Shown in pieces: positions 56,886-64,000 of a stretch of DNA of 64,000 bases; the stretch's first letter is position 1, and each line of letters begins with the position of its first letter. The notes beneath the pieces were generated by a model. That model saw only the letters and a program-made list of their open reading frames with translations, made no database searches and was not told where the DNA came from. The stretch is from Trichoplax adhaerens. Taxonomy: Eukaryota > Animalia > Placozoa. Position numbers and translations under genes: made by a program. Location: NCBI RefSeq assembly GCF_000150275.1, contig NW_002060946.1, positions 2,561,454 through 2,625,453 of the forward strand, read 5' to 3'.

Positions 56886-58369
56886 ACTATATCTACTATC
56901 ATGTAGTATAGACTGAAACCACTATCTTGATTTACGTAAAACACGTTACATACAATTTCAAGCAAGGCATTCCTATTATGGTCTAGAGCTGTGATGACAG
57001 TTCATAATGCAAATAGATTCTAGATTCTAACTCGTAACAAGTTCATTAGCTTGCCAACAACTTTGACGATATTTTTAATTGATTAGATAAGCTTATTTTT
57101 GGTATATAAGCTCTATAAGCATGTTGTGTATTTGCTGTTTCGATTGTGTCAAATAGAGTTGGCTTTGTTGTTAGCTCAATCGGCGAGCAAATAGGAATGG
57201 CTGCTATGGTCAATGTCGCCAATGCTATACACTTGGTCAAGATTCAACATACCATTGCCAGATAGCATCTATCCTATTTGAAGAGCTCATCACTCATTAC
57301 AACATAGCAATACAAAATAGACTTGTAAAGTAGGTCAATTTTTTAATAAATGATACTAGACGATAAAATGATAATCATACTTGTAGGATGAAATGTAGTA
57401 GATTAATAATAATAATCTTTTCAAAATAATTCAGGTCATTGCAGTAGATACAATAAAGCTTACAGTTAAGATAGCATTCTACGCATTGAACTCTTTGATT
57501 GGACAAGAGCGTTTTTACTTCTTTACTGTTAGGCTAAAATGTACAGCCAATGATGTTTATAAGCAAATAAGATTGTACTTTTGAAATGTTCTTTTTCCAT
57601 CTATTTTAAGCTATCCATACGTATGAGTTGACGATGAATACTAAGATATTAATCGTACATTCCAATAAGTCATTCATAACGATGAATTATTATTGCTAAA
57701 TAGAATGTTATCCAATTTTATGATATAAAAAGTCTAACATTCTGTATTATTACCGATGCAAATTTCTGATAAGATCGACGTAGAATCATGTACAGAAGAG
57801 TGCATCGTTCAATTTCGATTTTTTTTTTTTTTCCTTTTCTATGCAACACAAACATTTAAACTAACGTTAACATATAACAATGTACTCGAAACACTACAGT
57901 ATCATAGCGACGATAGTAATGATAGTAGGGATTGATCATTTCTTTCCCCATGTTACAATTAAGTTACATTTACGTTCATCTTGATTAAACTGGGCATCAG
58001 TTGATTAGAATGTAATATGGAAATGGACTTTTTTGGAGAAACGTTAGGCCATTGCTTTTAACCTCACTAGTGTTCTTTCCTTTTGGTGTTGGACACCGAG
58101 ATATAATGGTATAAAACGACTAGTAGAAACAAGGCAATGCCAAGCATATTGGCAAAAACAGCTAATTGGACGTCAGTAACCATCTTTTAGAATAATTTCC
58201 TTTCTGTTCGATTTCAGTAATGTTGATTAATGGCGAGTTGAAGAGATTTTCTTGCTCACACTGGCTGGCCAAAAGAGGGAGCAATGTCGAGGCTAGGCTG
58301 CGTTTTAAACGTGGCAGGAGCTGAAAGGGTTGACGAATCAGTGGGGTTTTGTGCTCGCCTTCTCCACTC

Positions 58370-59120
58370 TCCATAGTACAGTAGAGTAACGCGCTGACGG
58401 AGGCATGGGGCACGATAGTCGCAGTGTAGAGTACGGCATGTGCGCAGTGTTAACTGTATCCACATTACAGTACTGCCATACTACGTACAGTATAGTACTG
58501 TATAGTACAGTACGTAGTATGGTATTGCTAGTGGTTTTGATACCGTACCAGAAAAGATTCTCCACTTCTACTGTTATTACTGCATGTTATCCGTGCCATG
58601 GTACCACCTACCACCACGATAGTCCATATGCAATACTTTACATTACTACATAAGTACAGTACATTGTACACTGCGCGATGAACTTGGGTGGCACGAAGGC
58701 AAATAAACTGTGTAGGCTAAATCAAGCCCAAAGTAGGCTACATCGTCTATGTAGATGTAGCCCAATAACTCATATCGATTTAGAACGGGAGTGTTAACAA
58801 ATTGCAACTTTTAATTTTCGACGCCATCCTGCCATCGAAGTTAATCGCGTTGTACAGTACAATGTACTGTACACACTGTACACTGTACACTGTACAGTAT
58901 GACGGTAAGTAGTTCATTCTTTGCCGTCTTAGGGTCCGACCCGGACCAGACCAGACCAGACCAGACCAGACCATAAAGACCTCTACAGAAGTCTACAGTA
59001 CATGTACTGTACTGTACTGTACTGTACTGTAGAGTACAGTACAATATGTAGTACTGTACAATACACTCTACAAGTCTACAGTACATGTACAGTACAATGT
59101 ACAGTACTGTACTGTACATT
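58370..59120. repeat. TACAGTA/TACTGTA-rich palindromic low-complexity island containing (GACCA)6 and (ACTGT)n tracts
   Basis: Dense ACAGT/ACTGT pentamers occur in both orientations. (GACCA)6 is at 58944-58973, and the perfect palindrome TACAGTACATGTACTGTA is at 58994-59011. Confidence 0.8.
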
Positions 59121-59171
59121 GCGCAGAGTACCTTATAGTGTCATTATTTCGCCATTTTCACCAGCAATTTG

Positions 59172-59388
59172 TAGGGTCCTGTAACAAAGAGTTAGCAAAA
59201 TTGATGTCACTACTAGACTTCTTAAATGGAGTAAAAACGCAACCCAAACCCGATCCAATTATTGATTTTCGAACCCGAAATGAGTGCAATCGCTATACAA
59301 ACAATGTATCAGCACAGAATTACTTAACCCGAGTCTCTTCCTCGAGTCGGGTTCAAGTTGGGTTTCGGGTTGACTTTTAAGGACACTG
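59172..59388. mobile_element. Possible hAT-like MITE remnant upstream of PRPF18
   Basis: Imperfect terminal inverted repeats (TAGGGTCCT...AGGACACTG) enclose three AACCCGA motifs followed by three inverted copies (TCGGGTT/TTGGGTT). No 8-bp TSD is visible. Confidence 0.35.
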
Positions 59389-59726
59389 ATCACTACCATC
59401 ATTGCCCGTTCAACCATGATGCCTACTGATTGCCTGCTTACGGTACTGTACTGTATGTTACTACTCACATCACTCAGTGCGTTATATCAAACGTGTTCTG
59501 CCAGACCGTCAGCAAGGCAACGGGCGATCGTACAGTACTACTAAGTGTACAGTACACTGTACTCTAGAGACCCTGACGTCTCTACTGTACTTTACAGTAC
59601 TCCAGAAAAAAAGTCACTGCACTGCGCATACTGTACTGGGCCACTTGCATCTTCGAACAACTTGCAAAATTGCAGCTGCCTTGATCGGATTCTACAGTAC
59701 TAGAATCATTGTAGAATTGCACTTCC

Positions 59727-62611
59727 ATGGACGCTCTAAAAGCCGAAATAGAACGAAAAAGGAAACAGTTATTGGAAAACTCTGCTGTCGTAAGTAAAGT
59801 AATCATGACGTGAAATAGCTAGACTTTAACTTGTACGCATCAATACGATGTGATCTAATGGTCACTACTGATTAAAACAAATCTCGGAGTAGCTGGATAA
59901 AAACTACAACCGTTCTACTTTATAATTGTTATTTATTATTATTATATCAGCAAAATGATTTGTTTGACAAGTACAGTTCACGCTAAGCTCTACAGTCAAT
60001 CCTACTGTACTTCCTGATACTATATAATTTGATGATGGTGGCATATTAACCAGTTACTGGACAATTACCACTATTCAACTGTAACTTGAATTTTGTAATG
60101 ATTAGAATGCTGCCAAGAAAAGATTTAGACGTGGTGACCTGGAAAATAGCACGGACCTTGCTCGAGAGGAAGTAACCCAGGTAGCTTGGATATCACAGTA
60201 GAGTAATGTAGATCATCTTGGTGTATATATATAATAGTGTATGAACGATATCTTGTAGCTGAATACAGAGAAAGATTATTAATTATACATGTAGTATACC
60301 AAATTTATTCTGAAGTAGTTATTCTGCTGTGGAAATGATGGTATCAGCGTAACGTTGTACTACCTGTAAGCATACTATATAGGCTTACTTGTTCTTTTCA
60401 ATATAGGATAACGAATTATCAAAAGATGAAGCGGAAAATAATTCGATAGAATTATCAGCCAACGATGATTACTCAAACGAGAGTCTGATCAAATCGAAAG
60501 TGGAAGTACGTCTGCTGTACTACTTGATCACTTATTGCTACCATAAATGTTGTATAGTAATTACATTTATGCTTTACTATTTCTGTTTAAATTGAATTCA
60601 ATTTATTTAGTACTATATTATTTCAACTAGCCGAAGAACTGTCAGTCGAAACAATTATTGTACTGTATATCTTTACATAGGTTATCAGAAGGCTTCGTGA
60701 ACGCGGTGAACCAATAAGATTATTCGGCGAAACCGACGCAGACGTCGTAGGAAGGCTTAGGTAAACTTTTAAAATGTATGACACATGTGTATAAACTTTT
60801 AAATATGGTATGATATGTACAATAGGTGTTGTGCTGTTACTGTATATTGTACGGTAATGTTATGGGTAAACCTGCGGTACAATGTTATTAACACTTAATA
60901 TCATTACAACAAAATAGGAGAATCGAGTTCATGGCTCCCGAAGTGAATAAGGTAAAGTGGTACCTTTCCTTTAGAAGTCTTCGATTACCTTACCGTACTA
61001 TCTTTTAATAAAGCAATACTGTTATTAAATGTTTTACTTCCCATGTTAAAGGGTCTTCGTAACGATTTCAAAGCTGCTATGGATAAAATTGACCAAGAGT
61101 ATCTCGATGAACTTATTAACCAACAAGTATGCACAGATGATGACATTAAAGTAAATGTTAGCGTGTTTTAAAGTAGTGGAGTGGAGTAATTTTATGTTCA
61201 TGTTTAATGTTTCAAAATGCAGCCCGATACAACCGATAAAAGTGAAGAGGTTAACGCTCGAGTTTTAAGTATGTCGCTAGAAGATTTTAAGGTAAAATTA
61301 GAGCAATTGCATAACGGCAACATGATAATATATAGTATAGGTTATATACTAATGATGACATTTTGCAGGACGTAGCTGACGATTTTAACTCTGGTAACAG
61401 TAAGAAGGACCAAGAAGTTATTTTATCTGTTATTAAAGTAAATTGACTATACTTTTCAATGTATTGTAAACTATAGCAACTCCGATATTTCATTGTTAAC
61501 TTTTTTCTGCTATTAGTTTATATTAGACTACTGGAATATGAAATTAAATCAAAGAACGGAAGCTGAAAAAAGAAGTACACAGGCAAGCTCATATAGCCAT
61601 ATTTCAAAGCTAATATCAATTTTAAGCATAGCATATAGCAGTTACTCTTTATCCTATCCGTCTTGAGAATATATCTCAACTGCTATTTCCTCAGGGTAAA
61701 CTACAAAGTGCTATACACAAGCAAACGAAAAGATATATGAAGCCGTTGTTAAAGAAATTGAAAAAGAACGTGAGTACTATAAATTTGATTCATTGCAGAT
61801 ATTTGTATAATAGTAGCTATTTTTCTTTACACAGTCGGTTCTCATTTTTATTTTAGAAAGTAGAAGAGAGTATGCTGAGGGCTTTGACTGAAATTGTTGT
61901 GAACATGCTAGATAGGGAATACGTGAAGGTATATAAACCATACCGGCTGTCTTTTAAACTGTTATAAAGTGATGAATTACCAAACCTAATGAGTATGGCG
62001 TACCGTACGTACACCGCATTAACGTAGATTATTATTTGAATGAATTTTAGTTTTGCTATCTATCCTAGTCAATTCCTCAGTTAAACCCTGAAAGGGTTTG
62101 TCTTCATCATATAATTGTCCTAACCGTAAATTTCATGATCGTAGGCCAACGATATTTATGTAAGGATGGCTATTGGTAATGCTGCATGGCCAATAGGTGT
62201 TACTATGGTCGGTATTCATGCTAGGACAGGCCGTGAAAAAATTTTTGCACAGCATGTAGCACGTATCCTTTTTGGTATATTTAGATTAATATTTACAAAT
62301 GTAAAATGATGTAAAGCTTGAAATGGTATAATTTGTTCTTAACGAAATTATATCAGATGTACTGAATGATGAAACACAGCGCAAATACATACAGGTAAAT
62401 TCTTTATTGTTATCACCAAGAATTGTCGCCTAAAAATTTTCACTCTTATTGATTGTAACTATACTTGTGATATATAGTTTGCAACTTATTAGTATTTTAC
62501 GCTAATTCTTGTTCAAATTTATAGGGCTTCAAGCGTCTAATGACTCGATGCCAAATGTACTTTCCTACGGACCCTTCAAAATCAGTAGAATACCAAGGTC
62601 ACAACGAATGA
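59727..62611 (+). CDS. PRPF18: Pre-mRNA splicing factor 18 (~339 aa, 14 exons)
   Basis: Exons: 59727-59789, 60106-60180, 60407-60505, 60681-60760, 60918-60951, 61052-61126, 61223-61291, 61369-61437, 61517-61582, 61695-61769, 61857-61928, 62145-62262, 62357-62394, 62525-62611 (1020 nt). Translation: [15 protein letters not shown]...[19 protein letters not shown]...[14 protein letters not shown]...[52 protein letters not shown]...[11 protein letters not shown]. This is the SFM motif plus the Prp18 domain. Confidence 0.95.
61583..61694 (+). other. GC-AG intron in PRPF18
   Basis: The CAG/GCAAGC donor and TTTCCTCAG acceptor join RSTQ to GKLQSA. The nearby GT (61575) gives no in-frame junction. 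Confidence 0.8.
62263..62356 (+). other. U12-type (minor spliceosome) GT-AG intron in PRPF18
   Basis: The donor is GTATCCTTT. A U12 branch sequence TTCTTAAC lies at 62336-62343, 13 nt before the intron end, with no long pyrimidine tract. Removing the intron restores HVAH-VLNDE. Confidence 0.9.
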
Positions 62612-63304
62612 TGATATACAACCTTTCAACTTTGCGTTGATTTTTATTCATTAACTATTGCACTGATCACCTGTAAATTCTATTACTTGTTACTTATTCT
62701 TTTGATGTTCTTGTACTGTATATAGATACTTGGTTGTATCGGTTCGATAAATTCGTAGTATTATAGCTGATCAATTGGTGTACAGTATATTTTACGTATT
62801 ACGTTAGTACCAACAATTGCAGTTCACATTGCTATGGAAAAAAACATGCAATAGCAATAAATTCAGTGTCTTATGACGTCAACTGCTCTATCTCGTTTGT
62901 AAGCTTATCTATCATCTTGGCTTTTAAACATTGGAGGATACGGTAAATTACATTATTTTAGCCTCTATTCTAATATGACTAAGTATCCATAGTTTTACCA
63001 GCCATTCATGCATGAGTTTTGTTTTTTCCAAGGAAAGAGTATCTTGATCCAAATTATAAGTGTTATACAATTTCGAAGATTAATACACTGTACTATGTTA
63101 CACTGTAGAAGAATAAAATTACAGAAGTGCCTCAATAAAGTATAATCATGATCACGATAGAATGAATTCATATTATACACGACATATAAACTATGATGTT
63201 GTACACGTTTACTTGCTTTTGTTTGCATTCCGAGCATGCAATCATACAGTATATATTAAATGTAGTGTTGAAAAGATGCGAGGATTACGCAAAAGCATCA
63301 CGCA

Positions 63305-63319
63305 GGGGGGGGGGGGGGG
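63305..63319 (+). repeat. Poly-G run (15 G)
   Basis: Directly visible; followed by a second GTAC/TACAGTA-rich island at ~63410-63640. Confidence 0.85.
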
Positions 63320-64000
63320 TTCTGTATGGACAGTATATGGACGTGTATTAAATTAATCCCTTAATTAATTAAAGTAGTTCAAGACGGATTAATGACCCCA
63401 TTGCAGACTTACTGTAAGCTGATCCCTGGTAGGTGTACTATACTGTATGTCAAAAGCAGTCCAGGCCAGCACAGTATATGCAGAAGTCAGATCATTTTTA
63501 ATGCTGACACAGTACAGCAGAAGTCCGGATTCGCCGTCTGTACTGTACAGTAATTGTCTATTCCGTGGTAAACAGTAGGCACGCCAAATTGACGTCGCCA
63601 ACGTAGTACTGTACAATACGGTATTGTACAGTACTGTATTGTAATAAAAAGATTAAAAGATCGTTATCAAACAGTTCTTCTTATCTAATAATAAAAGCAA
63701 AGTTTAGATTACACCTTTCCATGCAGCGAATGGATTGGCGCGGCTAAGCTAGTAAAATACAAATAGTACAGTATCTGCAATTTAGCTTCCTGTTCAAACG
63801 CCAGGTTACACTTTGGTTCTATTCTATTGGGCAAGTTGGAGAAAAAACTAACAGAATTGCTATTCATAATTAAATCAATCAATCAGGTACCGTAATCTGA
63901 TAAAATCGAATTAAAAGCTATTTTAATTTGGGGGGGAATCTATTATACTAGGCTGTTGTTGGCAATGTAAAATTTTTTCTTTTTTTTAATTTGTGCATGA

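Noticed and set aside
57046-57300. Minus-strand ORF with a hydrophobic stretch vaguely like a rhodopsin-family TM3
   Set aside because: It has no DRY-like motif, no further helices and no supporting splice pattern.
58130-58380. 7SK, vault or telomerase RNA identity for the GC-rich segment
   Set aside because: Only scattered short resemblances; it has no GAUC motifs, no clear A/B boxes and no CUAACCCU template.
58338-59806. Cluster of Tyr/Ser/Thr/Val/Cys-rich ORFs (also 63389-63616)
   Set aside because: They arise from the stop-poor ACAGT/ACTGT repeats. The real PRPF18 first exon (59727-59789) is in a different frame from ORF 59477-59797.

Overview
AT-rich, intron-rich eukaryotic (animal) DNA; most entries in the ORF track are single exons or spurious. 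Splicing by hand gives three gene blocks. (1) The 3' half of a nucleostemin/GNL3-family GTPase gene (+, ends at 1576). (2) A head-to-tail minus-strand array of GABA-B-receptor-like class C GPCRs: three complete genes (A 3182-19907, 14 exons, ~758 aa; C 33747-40525, 13 exons, ~784 aa; D 46818-55861, 13 exons, ~798 aa) and a three-exon pseudogene remnant (B 22467-23157). (3) A complete 14-exon PRPF18 gene (+, 59727-62611, ~339 aa). The receptors have a Venus-flytrap joined directly to a 7TM domain and a GABA-B2-like ICL3. They lack the C-terminal coiled-coil, and their ligand-pocket residues differ from GABA-B1 and from each other, consistent with a diversifying orphan receptor family. PRPF18 has a U12-type intron, a GC-AG intron and a competing frame-shifting 3' splice site. 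Non-coding DNA holds Helitron-like mini-elements, a hAT-like MITE remnant, two interspersed repeat families, many diverged tandem duplications and palindromic TACAGTA/TACTGTA islands flanking PRPF18. An early-branching animal such as a placozoan (Trichoplax-like) is my inference from composition and gene content, not something the sequence proves.
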